Shown: one piece after another, positions 8,714 through 19,567 of the stretch
How the letters are laid out: each line of letters begins with the position of its first letter
Position numbering within the stretch: position 1 is the stretch's first letter
Source: Steroidobacteraceae bacterium
Lineage (GTDB): Bacteria > Pseudomonadota > Gammaproteobacteria > Steroidobacterales > Steroidobacteraceae
Assembly (NCBI GenBank): GCA_035318305.1
Contig: DATHFB010000202.1
Span: 1-39,832 of the forward strand
Direction of reading: 5' to 3'
Length of the DNA: 39,832 nt
Program-made: the position numbers and the translations under genes
Notes under the pieces: generated by a model
Told to the model about the DNA's origin: nothing
What the model saw: the letters and a program-made list of their open reading frames with translations, nothing else
Databases searched by the model: none

Positions 8714-10132
8714 TCAGCACCGAGCGGTTCGGGCACCCTGATGCGCCACCAGCCTGGCGATGAATCGATGGGCAAGGTCGGCGCGTTGCCCAAAATGGAT
8801 GTGTAAATAGCTCGCCAGTAGATTGCCGCTGACGAATCCTCCGGAGTCATGGGGTGCCTGGGTTCGCGTTCCGCGCACGTGCCAGGCTACGTCGTTGCCG
8901 CCGATCGGTCCATTGCACTCCCAAGTACTGTAGCGAAATTCATGCCCGCGCAGGATATCGCCGCGCTCGGTCAGCAAGTTGGAGCATGCCGCGGTGGCAT
9001 GCCGGTAGCCCAGTGCCGCCAATTTGTCGGTCATGCGCGTGACGCCGGGGATCAAGCCCGCCATGGGCCAGCGACGACCTTCGCCATCGATCAGGGCTTC
9101 GGTCAGCACCATAAAGCCACCGCACTCGGCATAGAACGGCGCGTCCCGAAGTCTCAGCTTCTTAAGCGCCCGCCACAATCCGACATTCGCGGCGAGTTGC
9201 GCTGCGTGAAGTTCCGGATAACCGCCGCCGAGATACACTCCGGCCGCACCGGCCGCGGGTTGCTCGCCGTGCAGCGGGCTAAAAAATTCAATGTCTGCGC
9301 CGGCCTCCATCAGCAGTTCAAGGTTTTCGGGGTAGTAGAAGCAAAATGCGTCATCGCGCGCCACAGCGATGACGGGGCGCTGGATGCTGGATTCACGACG
9401 CGCTGCGGTACGAGGAATTTCGGGCAAATCGCCCGCTGTCCGGGCGATCTCCATGATTGCGCCAAGATCGAAGCGCTCGGTAACCGCATCGGCGATGCCG
9501 GCGATGAGGGACGTTGGATCTCGATGTTCGCTCCCCGGCACCAAACCCAGATGCCGCTCTGGAATTTGTAACTTTGAATCGCGAGGCAACCACCCCAACA
9601 TCGACAGCCCAGTGATGCCGGCAATGGCTTCCGCGCAGCCCCTCGCATGGCCTTCGGAACCCGCGAAATTGAGAATCACACCGCCCAGCCGCAAGTCCGG
9701 ATCGAAATGCTGACAGCCCAACACCACGGCGGCGGCACTGCGTGCCGCCCCGGCAATATCGACCACCAGAATGACCGGGGCGTCCAGAAGTTTCGCGATC
9801 TGCGCAGTCGAGGCGCGTTCGTCGTGCCAGTTACTGCCGTCGAACAGTCCCATGACCCCCTCGATCACCGCGATATCGGCATCCCGGCAGGCCCGCGAAA
9901 ATCCCTCCACGAGCTGGGTGTCGCTCAACATCCAAGCATCCAGATTTCGGCACGGCCGGCCGGCCGCCCGTTCGTGATAACTCGGATCGATGTAGTCGGG
10001 ACCGCACTTGAATGGCTGAACGACCAAACCTTGGCTTCGCAAGGCTGCGATGATACCCGCCGCAATCGTCGTCTTACCGGCGCCAGATGCAGCGGCGCCG
10101 ATCACTATCCGAGGTATCTTGCGCGTTTCCAT
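8714..10132 (-). CDS. cobB: Cobyrinate a,c-diamide synthase
   Basis: The internal ATG at 10132 gives METRKIPRIVIGAAASGAGKTT. C-terminal amidotransferase motif AECGGFMVL. The start overlaps the cobD stop (TGATG). The 111 upstream codons of the tracked ORF lie inside cobD. Confidence 0.9.
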   Translation of the reverse strand: METRKIPRIVIGAAASGAGKTTIAAGIIAALRSQGLVVQPFKCGPDYIDPSYHERAAGRPCRNLDAWMLSDTQLVEGFSRACRDADIAVIEGVMGLFDGSNWHDERASTAQIAKLLDAPVILVVDIAGAARSAAAVVLGCQHFDPDLRLGGVILNFAGSEGHARGCAEAIAGITGLSMLGWLPRDSKLQIPERHLGLVPGSEHRDPTSLIAGIADAVTERFDLGAIMEIARTAGDLPEIPRTAARRESSIQRPVIAVARDDAFCFYYPENLELLMEAGADIEFFSPLHGEQPAAGAAGVYLGGGYPELHAAQLAANVGLWRALKKLRLRDAPFYAECGGFMVLTEALIDGEGRRWPMAGLIPGVTRMTDKLAALGYRHATAACSNLLTERGDILRGHEFRYSTWECNGPIGGNDVAWHVRGTRTQAPHDSGGFVSGNLLASYLHIHFGQRADLAHRFIARLVAHQGARTARC

Positions 10133-11118
10133 CACAGTGCGACTTTCAGCGCGGCGAGAAGCGCCTTCTGCGCACCGGGAGGCTGCGCACTCAAGCGTAT
10201 CCACTGCCGCAATCCGAACGAGCTGCCGTCGCGCACGCGTACGTCGTGACGCCTCAAGTGAGCGCTGACATGCGTGGCATTGCCGACCTTTGCCAAAAGG
10301 AACGTGGCAGGGCTTTCTCGAACTAACAGTCCTAGCTGCTCGAGCGAGCGCGCCAGGCGTGCGCGCCAGCGTTTCAACTGCGGCATCCCTTGCTCGAGCC
10401 AGAGGCGCGCCCGCAGTTCGGTCGCCGACTCGAGCAGCGCGACTGCGTCGCGGCCGATCACCCAACTGGGCGCCAGGTTGGCAAGGTGTTGATCGGCTCG
10501 CGGCGTGATGAGGTACGCGCCGCGCACGCCCGTCAGCCCAAAGGCCTTGTTCGGCGAGTAAAGACGGTACGCTGCCACGGCTGCGGCCTCAATCGCGGCG
10601 GCGTGGTCCGGATCACACAGGGGTGCATAGGCCAGATCCACGACGAGCGGCCCGGCCTTGCTCGCCGCCGATACAAAATCCGCTGACCACAAGTCACCCG
10701 TCGGGTTATTCGGCCAACAGATAAACCCTACGCCCGGTTGCGTCGATTGGGCGCGCAGGAAGGCGCCGGGCGAGCGAGCCGAGATCAGCCGTCGATCGGC
10801 CAACCGTGCGCCGCGTGCATACTCTGAAAACGTGGGCACGAGTTGCTGAACGGTTCCGTCGATGTGTCGAATCAAACGCAGGATCAACTCACTGGCGCCC
10901 GCTCCCACCACGATGCGATCGGGTGTCGTGCGATGATGGGCGGCCAGGATCTCGCGCAACCTTGCGTACATGGGATCGGGATAGCGAGTCACATCCGCAC
11001 TGCGCACCGCCGTCAGCACCGACGGGCAGGGCCCCAATGGATTGGCGTTGCTTGAAAAGTCATAGCGCGGTTCGGGCATCGAATCGGTGCCGCCGTGCAA
11101 GGGATCTAGTCTAGGCAT
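10132..11118 (-). CDS. cobD: L-threonine-O-3-phosphate decarboxylase (PLP aminotransferase fold; CobC in P. denitrificans nomenclature)
   Basis: 328 aa from the ATG at 11118 ([10 protein letters not shown]...). PLP-lysine motif YSPNKAFGLTGVRGAY. The start overlaps the cbiB stop by 8 nt. Confidence 0.8.
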   Translation of the reverse strand: MPRLDPLHGGTDSMPEPRYDFSSNANPLGPCPSVLTAVRSADVTRYPDPMYARLREILAAHHRTTPDRIVVGAGASELILRLIRHIDGTVQQLVPTFSEYARGARLADRRLISARSPGAFLRAQSTQPGVGFICWPNNPTGDLWSADFVSAASKAGPLVVDLAYAPLCDPDHAAAIEAAAVAAYRLYSPNKAFGLTGVRGAYLITPRADQHLANLAPSWVIGRDAVALLESATELRARLWLEQGMPQLKRWRARLARSLEQLGLLVRESPATFLLAKVGNATHVSAHLRRHDVRVRDGSSFGLRQWIRLSAQPPGAQKALLAALKVAL

Positions 11119-12019
11119 AGCCGGCTCTGGGCAGAAACTCGACGGCCAATCCGAACAGAGCGGCAAATACCCATGCGGTGACTTCCGCTCGGCGCAGCGC
11201 CGTCGAAGTATCCGCGGCCGACGGGGGAAGCGCGTCTGCATTGAGTGCATACACCTTGGGTTTGCGCAGCCGCACATTCAACGTCAGCGCCAGCGCGCCC
11301 ATCGGCCAACCCGAGTTGGGTGAGGACGTGCGCGCCGCTTCCCGCGGCAGTCGCCACAGCAGCGGCCATCGGTTGGGCCCCAACAACAGCAGCGCAATCG
11401 CCGTCAGTCGTGCCGGGATGAGGTTGAGGAGATCGTCGGCGCGCGCCGCGAATTTTCCGGCCCACTCCCACCGCCCTCGATAGCCCCACATGGCATCGGC
11501 GGTATTCGCGAATCGATAGACGGCGGCGCCTGGCAATCCGAACAGAGCAAACCAAAAGAGGGGTGCGATGACCGAGTCCGACAGATTCTCGGCCAACGAT
11601 TCCAGCGAAGACTCACGAATTTCGTCCGGATCGAGATTTGTCGTGTCACGGCTCACAATGTGCGCGAGGCGCGCGCGCCCTGGCCCAAGGCCCTGCGCGA
11701 GTGCAGCCTCCACGGCCGTCACTTCGCGTAGCAGCAGGCGTAAGGCAAGCAGAGGCTTGAGCAGCAATGCCGTCACGATCACATCCAGCCACAGCGGCAA
11801 CTTCGCCAACTCAAGGGCGGCAAGTCCATACAGCGCCGCGACCACACCCGCACCAACCAGCCAACCGAGGGCGCCGAAAAAGAACGCTATCCCAGGAGTG
11901 TGATTCGGCAAGTCGCGCCCAATGCGCTTCAAGTAATACCCCATCCACACCACCGGGTGGATGGGTGCCGGGGGCTCACCCCACCAGCGATCGATCAGGA
12001 GCGCAAGAATAATGCTCAC
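11111..12019 (-). CDS. cbiB: Adenosylcobinamide-phosphate synthase
   Basis: 302 aa, multi-TM. The N-terminus [24 protein letters not shown] is typical of CbiB/CobD. 4-nt overlap with the upstream gene. Confidence 0.9.
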   Translation of the reverse strand: MSIILALLIDRWWGEPPAPIHPVVWMGYYLKRIGRDLPNHTPGIAFFFGALGWLVGAGVVAALYGLAALELAKLPLWLDVIVTALLLKPLLALRLLLREVTAVEAALAQGLGPGRARLAHIVSRDTTNLDPDEIRESSLESLAENLSDSVIAPLFWFALFGLPGAAVYRFANTADAMWGYRGRWEWAGKFAARADDLLNLIPARLTAIALLLLGPNRWPLLWRLPREAARTSSPNSGWPMGALALTLNVRLRKPKVYALNADALPPSAADTSTALRRAEVTAWVFAALFGLAVEFLPRAGYA

Positions 12020-13806
12020 AGACTCTTGAGCCGTCCTTGGATACGAATCGTCAACGAGGTTTCGTCCAGGTCATCCAACGCGACATATTCGCCGCCAAGC
12101 GCCTGTGCAAGCATCCTGGCGCGACCCAAAACAATCGGCCCAGACTCACAATCGATGACCACCGCCCCCGCGCAGGCCGTCCGCAGCCGCGAGCCGGCGC
12201 CGAGCGCTTCGTCCCAAGGATCGCCACCCTCGGCGCTCACATTGGCGCGCCCATCGGTGAAAAGCACCAACAAGGCCGGCTCGCGGGTTTGCAGTAAGTC
12301 GGCTGCATCCAACAGCGCGCGAGCCAGCGGCGTGCGCCCGCCGCTGGGCACATCGCTCAACGCGCGTTCGATGCCGGCGATGTGACGCGTAAATGGCAGC
12401 ACGAGATCGGTGCCGTCGGCGCGAAATGCCATGAGCGCCACCTCATCGCGTCGCTGATAGCTTGACGATAGCAATCCGAGTGCGGCGCCCTTCGCGACTT
12501 CCAGACGGCGCTTCGTCGCCATCGAGCCGCTGGCGTCGACCACAAAGAGCACGTGGCATAGGCCCGGACCCCGGCGCTCGTGCTGCCGCAGATCCGCAGT
12601 GGTCAGGCGAATGGGACTTGCAGTCACCCGCGCTCCGCGCCGCGCAGCCGCTGACAACGTCTGTGCGACCGCAAGGGTCCCGGTGAGTTCGTAGGGAACA
12701 GCGCCGACCAGGCGCTGCGAATTCATCGAATCGGTCGCGCGTCGACCGATGGATTCGCGATCAATCGCATCCGTGATCAGCCGTACCGGGCCTGGCATCG
12801 GGGCGGCCGGCGCGATTTGCAACCGTGGGCTTTCGATCGGCGGCGGGGCCTCGGTCGCCGGCGTCAGCTCGCGCTCCGGCGAGGTGCGAGTTCGAGTCGG
12901 TGGAGGCTGCTTCGTGGCAGCCCGCGGCCCAATCTTAGATCTCTTTTGCCGCGTGCGATGCGGCAGTGCCAGTTCAGCGGCCCGCTGGATGTGCTCATCA
13001 CGGATTTCGCCGGCCGCTTGCCAGGCCGCCAGCGCGCGGGCGGCTTTGATAGCGGCAAGATCGCCGCGAATTCCATCCACCTGGTGTTCGACCGACAGCG
13101 CAGTGACCACCGAGAGGTGGGCGTTCGTGATAGGAATCGTGGACAGCCGCGCGCGCGAGGCCACGATCCCCTCACGCAATGCCTGCTCTTGCGGTTCCAC
13201 GGCGGTAAGAACGCTCGCGGGATCGTCATCGAAGGCCAATCGCTGACGAATCGCGGCGCCGCGAATATCCTGCGTCGCGAGCCCCCGCACCTGCACGCAG
13301 AGACCGAAGCGATCGACAAACTGGGGTCGCAGCTCTCCTTCCTCGGGATTCATCGTACCTACCAAAACGAATCGCGCGGCCTCTCCCGCGGAAATCCCGT
13401 CGCGCTCGACCGTAACCCAACCGCTGGCGGCCGCGTCCAGCAGAAGGTCGACGATGTGGTCCGGCAGCAAGTTGACTTCATCGACGTACAAGACTCCGCC
13501 GTCGGCTCTGGCGAGCAATCCCGATCGCAGTTCGGTGCTTCCCTCCCGCAAGACCCGCGACAGGTCCAACGATCCAATGACCCGGTCCTCGGTCGCGCCG
13601 ATGGGCAACTCGACGAACGGCGCCGATTTCCCTTCCGGCGTCTTCGGCAGCAGCGCAGCCAGTCCGCGGGCCGCAGTGCTCTTGGCCGTGCCTCTTTCTC
13701 CTGCAATCAAGACGCCGCCGATCGTCGGATCGATCGCGATCAGGATCAGCGCAAGCTTCAAATCCTCCTGACCCACTACGGCAGAAAATGGAAAATCGGG
13801 TCTCAT
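12016..13806 (-). CDS. ChlD/ChlI-like AAA+ plus von Willebrand A fusion protein, presumed cobaltochelatase accessory subunit for CobN
   Basis: The N-terminus [38 protein letters not shown] is a Mg-chelatase I/D-type AAA+ module, with Walker [11 protein letters not shown] Pro-rich linker follows, then a C-terminal vWA domain with MIDAS motif VVDASGSM. It overlaps the cobN stop by 4 nt. Confidence 0.85.
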   Translation of the reverse strand: MRPDFPFSAVVGQEDLKLALILIAIDPTIGGVLIAGERGTAKSTAARGLAALLPKTPEGKSAPFVELPIGATEDRVIGSLDLSRVLREGSTELRSGLLARADGGVLYVDEVNLLPDHIVDLLLDAAASGWVTVERDGISAGEAARFVLVGTMNPEEGELRPQFVDRFGLCVQVRGLATQDIRGAAIRQRLAFDDDPASVLTAVEPQEQALREGIVASRARLSTIPITNAHLSVVTALSVEHQVDGIRGDLAAIKAARALAAWQAAGEIRDEHIQRAAELALPHRTRQKRSKIGPRAATKQPPPTRTRTSPERELTPATEAPPPIESPRLQIAPAAPMPGPVRLITDAIDRESIGRRATDSMNSQRLVGAVPYELTGTLAVAQTLSAAARRGARVTASPIRLTTADLRQHERRGPGLCHVLFVVDASGSMATKRRLEVAKGAALGLLSSSYQRRDEVALMAFRADGTDLVLPFTRHIAGIERALSDVPSGGRTPLARALLDAADLLQTREPALLVLFTDGRANVSAEGGDPWDEALGAGSRLRTACAGAVVIDCESGPIVLGRARMLAQALGGEYVALDDLDETSLTIRIQGRLKSL

Positions 13807-16800
13807 AAAGAAATCTCAGCCGCTTCTTCAATGGTTGATTCGCTCGACAGAAGCGTCTTTCGCAACCGTTCGAGGGTTTCGGGTCTGGGCGCCCAGAGCC
13901 GGCGCTGTTCGGCCTCCAGCAGGCGCTCGACGATCGCGTTCAACGCCCACGGGTTATCGCGCTGGAGAAATCGTTGCGCATCGCCGTTGGCAAAGCTCTC
14001 CGCAATTCCTTCGAACATCCAATCAGTGACAATTCCTGCGGTGGCCGAAAAGCCGAACAGTGAGTCCACCGTGGCGGCCATCTCAAGACCGCCGCGATAA
14101 CCGTGGCGCTGGATGGCGGCGAGCCACTTCGGATTCACGACGCGAGAGCGATAGACCCGCAGCGCCTCCCCTTGCAAGGTGCGAACACCCGGTCGGGAAG
14201 GATCGGATGAATCGCCAAAATAAGCCTGCGGCGCTGCATTCGACGCCATCGATACCGCAGCCACCAAACCGCCGTGAAATTCGAAATAGTCACTGGAGTC
14301 AAATAAATCCTGTTCGAGGTTGTCTTGGTTGTGCAGCACCAAATCAACCCCGGCGAGTTTGCGGCGAAACGACTCCACCGCTTCTACCCCATCATTGGAC
14401 TGCGGGGAGTAGGCCCAGCCGCCCCACAGCAAGACAGCCTCCGCGAGATCATTGGTATCGCGCCATGCGCTGCTGTCCATCAGCTGCATCAATCCCGTTC
14501 CGTAAGCACCCGGCTTGGAGCTGAAAACTCGATAGGACGCACGGCGCCGCGCCAGATCCTCCTCACACCCCTGGGCCTGCAGAGCGGACGTCTCCGCCAG
14601 CCAATGCTTGCGAACGAAGTTTTGCTCCGAAGGCTCATCTAAGGCCACGACTCGCTGCACGGCCTCATCGAACAGATGCATCAAGGCGGGAAAAGCATCG
14701 CGAAAAAACCCGCTCACGCGAAGCGTCACATCGACCCGGGGACGCCCGAGCTCAGACAGCGGAATGATTTCAAGACCACACGTGCGGCGCGTCTCGGGCT
14801 CCCAAAGGGGACGCACCCCCAGCAGCGCGAGCGCCTGCGCGACGTCATCCCCGCCGGTGCGCATGGTTGGCGTGCCCCAAACGGAGAGCGCGATACTTTC
14901 GGGCCAACGCCCTTTTTCCGCGACATGACGGATCAGTGACTCGCGCGCCAGCGCCGACCCCGTCGACCAAGCAGCCGGCGTGGGTAGAGCGCGGGGATCC
15001 ACCGTGTAGAAATTCCGGCCCGTGGGCAACACGTGCGCCATGCCGCGACTCGGTGAACCGGAAGGTCCGGCCGGCACGTACCTGCCTTCGAGCGCTGTCA
15101 ACAGATGCCGCGTTTCGTCGGTGGTCTTGGCCAGATTGGGTGCCAGCGTCTCGCACGCGAAACGGCACACTTGCGACAGCGCCGTGAGCGAGCCGCTCAG
15201 CGCGGCGGCCGTACCTCCATCCGATGGGCCAAACCGCTGCAAAATCATGCGATCAACGCGCGCCGATGAAAATGCGCAGGCCGCGAGATCACCGAGCAGC
15301 GTGCGAGCAAGCTCATCGAGCGCGCCGCGAATCTGCCCTACGGTCGACAATGGACTCGCCCACTGTGCAAGAGCGGGCGACACAGGTCCTGGCCACACAC
15401 CGCGAGCATCGCGCAACTCGCCAGGATCGATACCGCAGACTCGCGTCAACGCCTCGGTCAGCGAGGGCACGTTGCCGTTCGGACTGCGCAAAATCGCAAA
15501 GAGCAAATCCACCAGCGCCGCGCCTTCGGGGGGTACCCCGAATATGTGGAGTCCGCCGCGAATTTGGGCTCGGCCCAAGTCGCACAAATAGGCGTCGAGA
15601 TCTTCCAACAGATGCGCGAATCCGCGGCCCGACAGGCGTTCCAACGCACGCGGAATCCCTTGTTCGTTGATGCGTTCGTCCCATGGGTGCTCGTGATCGC
15701 CATGCCGTTGGACTCTGATTTGCTTCAGATCGTCTTCGAGTTGCGCCGTACGCACGAGGTCCCACACTTGGCGACGGAGCACAGGCAGTTTATTCGGATC
15801 CAGCACCTCGGCGCGGTAGTATTCCTCGACCAATCGCGACAAAGTCGCCAGCGGTCCGTAGGTATCCGCGTGGCTGAGCGGCGGCACGAGATGATCCACG
15901 ATGACAGCGTGGGTGCGACGCTTGGCTTGCGCGCCTTCACCTGGATTGTTGACCACAAACGGATAAAAAAGCGGCAGATCGCCGAGGAGCACGTCCGGCG
16001 CGCAATCAGCCGACAGGGCCATGCTCTTGCCCGGTAACCACTCGAGGGTTCCGTGGGTACCGAAATGGATAATCGCGTCGGCGCGCCATTCATCCCCAAG
16101 CCATCGATAAAATGCCGTGTAATGATGGCAAGGCGGTAAATCGGCAGCGTGATACGCCGTTTCCGGATCCACCCCGAATCCGCGCGGCGGCTGAATCGCG
16201 ATGAGGATATTGCCGAACTTCAAGCCGCTGAAGAGGTAATCGTCGTCATCCGAAAACGGCTCGTGGAGCGCGAGCAAGGGCGAGCGGTGCGCCGACTGCT
16301 TGTTACCGCGCCAAAAAGGCGGCGCGACTGTCGGGCCCGCGACCGACGGAGCGCCCCACATGTCGCACAGCGAAGATTTAAATCCGGCGGACTGCGCGTC
16401 GAACCACTGTGCGTACCGAGCGCGCGGCATTCGCCAGGCTGTCGATGGATTAAGCGGAAGCTTGTCGTCGTAGCAGCCTTCGGCCAACAATTGATTCATC
16501 AGCGCGTCGGAAGAATCAGGCAGAGCGCCCACCTCATAGCCGGCCGTACGCATCTCGATGAGCCACTTGAGCAGCGATGCGGGAGTATCCAGGCCCACCG
16601 CCCCGCCGATTCGCTGCGCCTTTCCGCCGGCATTGCTGAGAATGATCGCGATTCGCTTCCCGGCGTTGGGTTTGGTGCGCAGCACCGCGAGCCGGTGTGC
16701 AACATCAGCAACGCGCCGCGTTCGTTCCGCGTCGGGAATGTAGCGATGACTTTCCTTGAACGAGATGGGTACTGAGATGATGCGGCCGTCGCATTCGGGC

Positions 16801-18095
16801 AAGGCGATATTCATCGCGGCCTCCGACGGACTCAAACCTCGGTCGGATGCGTTCCACACGGCGCGGGGCGTTCCGCAGCAAATCGCCTGAATCAGCGGCG
16901 CGCCAATCACTTCAAAGGGCGTGCCGCGCGCCTCTCGCGCAGCGAAGACCAAGGAACTTAGGGTAAAGACCGGAAAACTGACGGTGTTGATGATCACGTC
17001 CGGAACCCCGGGCAGCAGCCGCAGTGCGAGCGGTACGCCTGAGGCATCGCAATCACGCAATGAGCTCGTAAAGATTCCGATCGCAGCAAAGCCTCGTCCC
17101 TCCGCGGCTCGGATCGCGGTATCGACGAACTCAAGATTGCCGCTCAGCACGTGAGCGCGATAGAAAAGGACCACTGCGGTGGGCCGGTCGACCGCTCGGT
17201 GTTGGCTCCATTCGTCGGCATTCGTGACCAAGAGGTCCGGGTGATACAGACCGTGCGCGGGCATCGGGCGCGGTGGCGAAAATGCCCCCTCGTATCCTAA
17301 TTGCGTGGCCGCGGCGTAGCGCAGGGCTTGCGCCACATTGGTGACTCCTCCCGCCATGAAATAAGACGTCAGATTCGAGGCGAGTTCGGGTTCTACATTG
17401 GAAGTTCGAGGCAATAACTCCGCGCTGCCGCCGACACCGCTGATCACGACGAGCCCCCAGCCCTCTTGGTACGCGAGGCCGATGAGATCGGTAAGTCCCG
17501 GTACGGAAGCAACGGTGCCGTGAATGCGCACGATCGCTAATAAGTGCTGCGAGCGCTGCGAACCGAAGAGTGCAATCAGCGCTTCTGTGCCGGAGAGGCC
17601 AAGAAGAGAGTGGCCTACAACCCTGGGAAACGGCGTCGGTAGTTCGACACGGGCGCGTTCAAGCGCCAGCAGATCCGTTTCCGCATGCGAGAGCAGTACC
17701 AGCCCTTCCAAGGGTACTGCCGCAGTCGCCGCGGGCACGTCGATCGCAGCCCCCGGAGCGAGAACCGCCAACTCGGTCAGTTCCGACTCGCCCAGAGGGG
17801 GAAAATTACCGCGGTCGAGCACGGTGCCCGCGTAAATAATCGTCAGGCGACGCTTGCCGGCCGTGTCAATGGGTCCAAACCAGCGCAACCTCTCGCCATA
17901 CCCCAATCCGACGGCGTGCTGCGATTTCGCATCGTTATCGCGAAATACACGTTGCAGCGCAATTTGTGCAGCCCGGGGACTCGCTTCGCGTGCCGCGAGC
18001 CAATCCCGCCAGGATTCGTCATCGACCGCGTTCATCACGACCAACAGTCGAATGCGCGACGGCTTCGAATTCACCGGGGAGGTCGTGGGGGTCAT
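13803..18095 (-). CDS. cobN: Cobaltochelatase large subunit CobN, with an N-terminal extension
   Basis: About 1430 aa in the CobN/ChlH family (for example [17 protein letters not shown]). The ATG at 18095 is 8 nt after the cobO stop. The alternative GTG at 18131 would overlap cobO by 26 nt. Confidence 0.9.
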   Translation of the reverse strand: MTPTTSPVNSKPSRIRLLVVMNAVDDESWRDWLAAREASPRAAQIALQRVFRDNDAKSQHAVGLGYGERLRWFGPIDTAGKRRLTIIYAGTVLDRGNFPPLGESELTELAVLAPGAAIDVPAATAAVPLEGLVLLSHAETDLLALERARVELPTPFPRVVGHSLLGLSGTEALIALFGSQRSQHLLAIVRIHGTVASVPGLTDLIGLAYQEGWGLVVISGVGGSAELLPRTSNVEPELASNLTSYFMAGGVTNVAQALRYAAATQLGYEGAFSPPRPMPAHGLYHPDLLVTNADEWSQHRAVDRPTAVVLFYRAHVLSGNLEFVDTAIRAAEGRGFAAIGIFTSSLRDCDASGVPLALRLLPGVPDVIINTVSFPVFTLSSLVFAAREARGTPFEVIGAPLIQAICCGTPRAVWNASDRGLSPSEAAMNIALPECDGRIISVPISFKESHRYIPDAERTRRVADVAHRLAVLRTKPNAGKRIAIILSNAGGKAQRIGGAVGLDTPASLLKWLIEMRTAGYEVGALPDSSDALMNQLLAEGCYDDKLPLNPSTAWRMPRARYAQWFDAQSAGFKSSLCDMWGAPSVAGPTVAPPFWRGNKQSAHRSPLLALHEPFSDDDDYLFSGLKFGNILIAIQPPRGFGVDPETAYHAADLPPCHHYTAFYRWLGDEWRADAIIHFGTHGTLEWLPGKSMALSADCAPDVLLGDLPLFYPFVVNNPGEGAQAKRRTHAVIVDHLVPPLSHADTYGPLATLSRLVEEYYRAEVLDPNKLPVLRRQVWDLVRTAQLEDDLKQIRVQRHGDHEHPWDERINEQGIPRALERLSGRGFAHLLEDLDAYLCDLGRAQIRGGLHIFGVPPEGAALVDLLFAILRSPNGNVPSLTEALTRVCGIDPGELRDARGVWPGPVSPALAQWASPLSTVGQIRGALDELARTLLGDLAACAFSSARVDRMILQRFGPSDGGTAAALSGSLTALSQVCRFACETLAPNLAKTTDETRHLLTALEGRYVPAGPSGSPSRGMAHVLPTGRNFYTVDPRALPTPAAWSTGSALARESLIRHVAEKGRWPESIALSVWGTPTMRTGGDDVAQALALLGVRPLWEPETRRTCGLEIIPLSELGRPRVDVTLRVSGFFRDAFPALMHLFDEAVQRVVALDEPSEQNFVRKHWLAETSALQAQGCEEDLARRRASYRVFSSKPGAYGTGLMQLMDSSAWRDTNDLAEAVLLWGGWAYSPQSNDGVEAVESFRRKLAGVDLVLHNQDNLEQDLFDSSDYFEFHGGLVAAVSMASNAAPQAYFGDSSDPSRPGVRTLQGEALRVYRSRVVNPKWLAAIQRHGYRGGLEMAATVDSLFGFSATAGIVTDWMFEGIAESFANGDAQRFLQRDNPWALNAIVERLLEAEQRRLWAPRPETLERLRKTLLSSESTIEEAAEISL

Positions 18096-18105
18096 CGGGT
18101 CCACG

Positions 18106-18744
18106 TCAGAACTCGATGCCGGCCTGCGCACGAATCCGCTGCAGCTTGAGCGGGTGCTTGATCAGGGTCATTTCAGTCACCAAGTCCGCGCGCTCGATCA
18201 GTTCTTCAGGGGCATTTCGCCCGGTGAGCACCACGTGGGTTTTCGGAGGTCGAAGGTTGACCCCGGCCAAGACTTGATCGACGGACAAGTAGTCTTTCTT
18301 CAGCGCGATGTTGACCTCATCCAGCAAGACTAAGTGGTACTCGGCATCCGCCAAGTAGCGCAGGGCAACCTCCCATCCCGCTTGCGCCATTTGTCTGTCT
18401 CGGACCTTGTCCTGCGTTTCCCAGGTAAAGCCCTCGCCGGTCGCGTGAAATTGCAGCTGATTGCCCCACGGCTCGAATGCCCGCTTCTCCGCCGGCTCCC
18501 AGGCACCCTTGATGAATTGCACGATGGCGACGCGATAGCCGTGACCCAAGCTGCGGAGCACCATCCCGAGCGCCGCAGTGGTTTTCCCCTTCCCGGCGCC
18601 GGTATTAACAATAACCAATCCTCGATCCGTCACGGTTTCAGCCATCCGACGGTCCTGGATTGCCTTACGTCGCTGGATCCGCTGCGCATAGGCCGCGGTA
18701 TCGGCGCCTTCGGTCTCTTCAGAGCCCAAGTTGGGGTCCGCCAT
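18106..18744 (-). CDS. cobO: Cob(I)yrinic acid a,c-diamide adenosyltransferase (BtuR/CobO type)
   Basis: 212 aa with P-loop VNTGAGKGKTTAALG and IVQFIKG. It is the first gene after a B12 riboswitch. Confidence 0.9.
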   Translation of the reverse strand: MADPNLGSEETEGADTAAYAQRIQRRKAIQDRRMAETVTDRGLVIVNTGAGKGKTTAALGMVLRSLGHGYRVAIVQFIKGAWEPAEKRAFEPWGNQLQFHATGEGFTWETQDKVRDRQMAQAGWEVALRYLADAEYHLVLLDEVNIALKKDYLSVDQVLAGVNLRPPKTHVVLTGRNAPEELIERADLVTEMTLIKHPLKLQRIRAQAGIEF

Positions 18745-18909
18745 GATTGCTCACCGTCCGCACGAATCGATTCAAAGAAATTGCGGAGACTTGGATGCGA
18801 ACGACGCACCCGCATCGGGGTCAGCTTCAGTTGGAGTGTGCCAGTCGGACTGCCGTCGGCGCCTAAGCACATAGCCCAATTCGCCCACCGCGAAGGTATC
18901 CGCTACTCG

Positions 18910-19100
18910 ATGTCGGGCCGGTCTCCGGACTCACGAACGCCGTAAGGCTGGCGAAACGTCTTCCCACGCCCGGGGGCGCAGTGACATCTAGGTTTCGCCT
19001 TCGATTCGTTTACCGTTGCGGGGGCAGTTCCGGAATTCATGCCATATGGGCACTGTCACCGGATTCCCGTTTCACTCGCCCAACCCCATGGGTTGGTTTC
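18910..19100 (-). promoter_or_regulatory. Cobalamin (B12) riboswitch, leader of cobO-cobN-chlID-cbiB-cobD-cobB
   Basis: Read on the minus strand: GTGAAACGGGAATCCGGTGAC ... ACTGCCCCCGCAACGGTAAAC ... GTCACTG...GGGAAGA ... B12 box AGTCCGGAGACCGGCC (plus-strand 18916-18931). A 5' hairpin CCAACCC/GGGTTGG precedes it. Confidence 0.9.
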
Positions 19101-19128
19101 GAGCACCTGACAACGTCTCGGAGGGTAA

Positions 19129-19157
19129 AGCATAGGGCCGGCAACAACAATAGTTAA
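19129..19157 (-). promoter_or_regulatory. Candidate sigma70 promoter for the cobO operon
   Basis: Minus strand: TTAACT, 17 nt spacer, TATGCT. It lies about 30 nt upstream of the riboswitch 5' hairpin. Confidence 0.35.
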
Positions 19158-19207
19158 GGGTGACCCGTAGAGATTCCGGACGATGCGCCGGTGGCTGCCA
19201 CTCGCCA

Positions 19208-19236
19208 TTGACAATACGGGGTCGCAACGTTGTACT
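19208..19236 (+). promoter_or_regulatory. Candidate sigma70 promoter for the cobG operon
   Basis: Perfect -35 TTGACA (19208-19213), 17 nt spacer, TGTACT. It lies just upstream of the plus-strand riboswitch. Confidence 0.4.
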
Positions 19237-19249
19237 AGCCGACTTGATG

Positions 19250-19445
19250 GCCTCTCTCACACGAGAGAGCGATGAGGGAATGTGGTACGCATCAAGCGTC
19301 TTAAGGGCGCTCCATGTCATCCCACGGCTGCCCCCGCAACTGTAAGCGGCGAGCGCTTGCCTGATGCCACTGATGTCTGTCCGTATGCGACAGGTCGGGA
19401 AGGCGGCAAGCTGCACTGACCCGCGAGCCAGGAGACCTGCCATCC
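19250..19445 (+). promoter_or_regulatory. Cobalamin (B12) riboswitch, leader of DUF1636-cobGHIJ
   Basis: Plus strand: 5' hairpin CTCTCTC/GAGAGAG, then GAGGGAATGTGGTACG ... GGCTGCCCCCGCAACTGTAAGCGG ... GCCACTG...CGGGAAGGC ... B12 box GAGCCAGGAGACCTGCC. Confidence 0.9.
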
Positions 19446-19567
19446 CAGAGGTTACGTGCCGGGCGGGGTGCCTCGGCGACGGTCGAGTCACTCGACCGTG
19501 CGAGAATCGGCAGTAGCCGATTCGCGCCGGTTCCGCACCCCGAGCTTCAGCTCCTGAGGAGATGCGG

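Noticed and set aside
10133-10465. N-terminal 111 codons of the tracked 583-aa ORF. Similar 5' extensions occur at 11119-11277, 24138-24419, 23917-24135, 19756-19974, 24975-25391 and 33796-33999.
   Set aside because: Family-typical N-termini begin at internal start codons that overlap the upstream stop (ATGA/GTGA/TGATG coupling). The extensions run through neighbouring genes and are Arg-rich out-of-frame readings.
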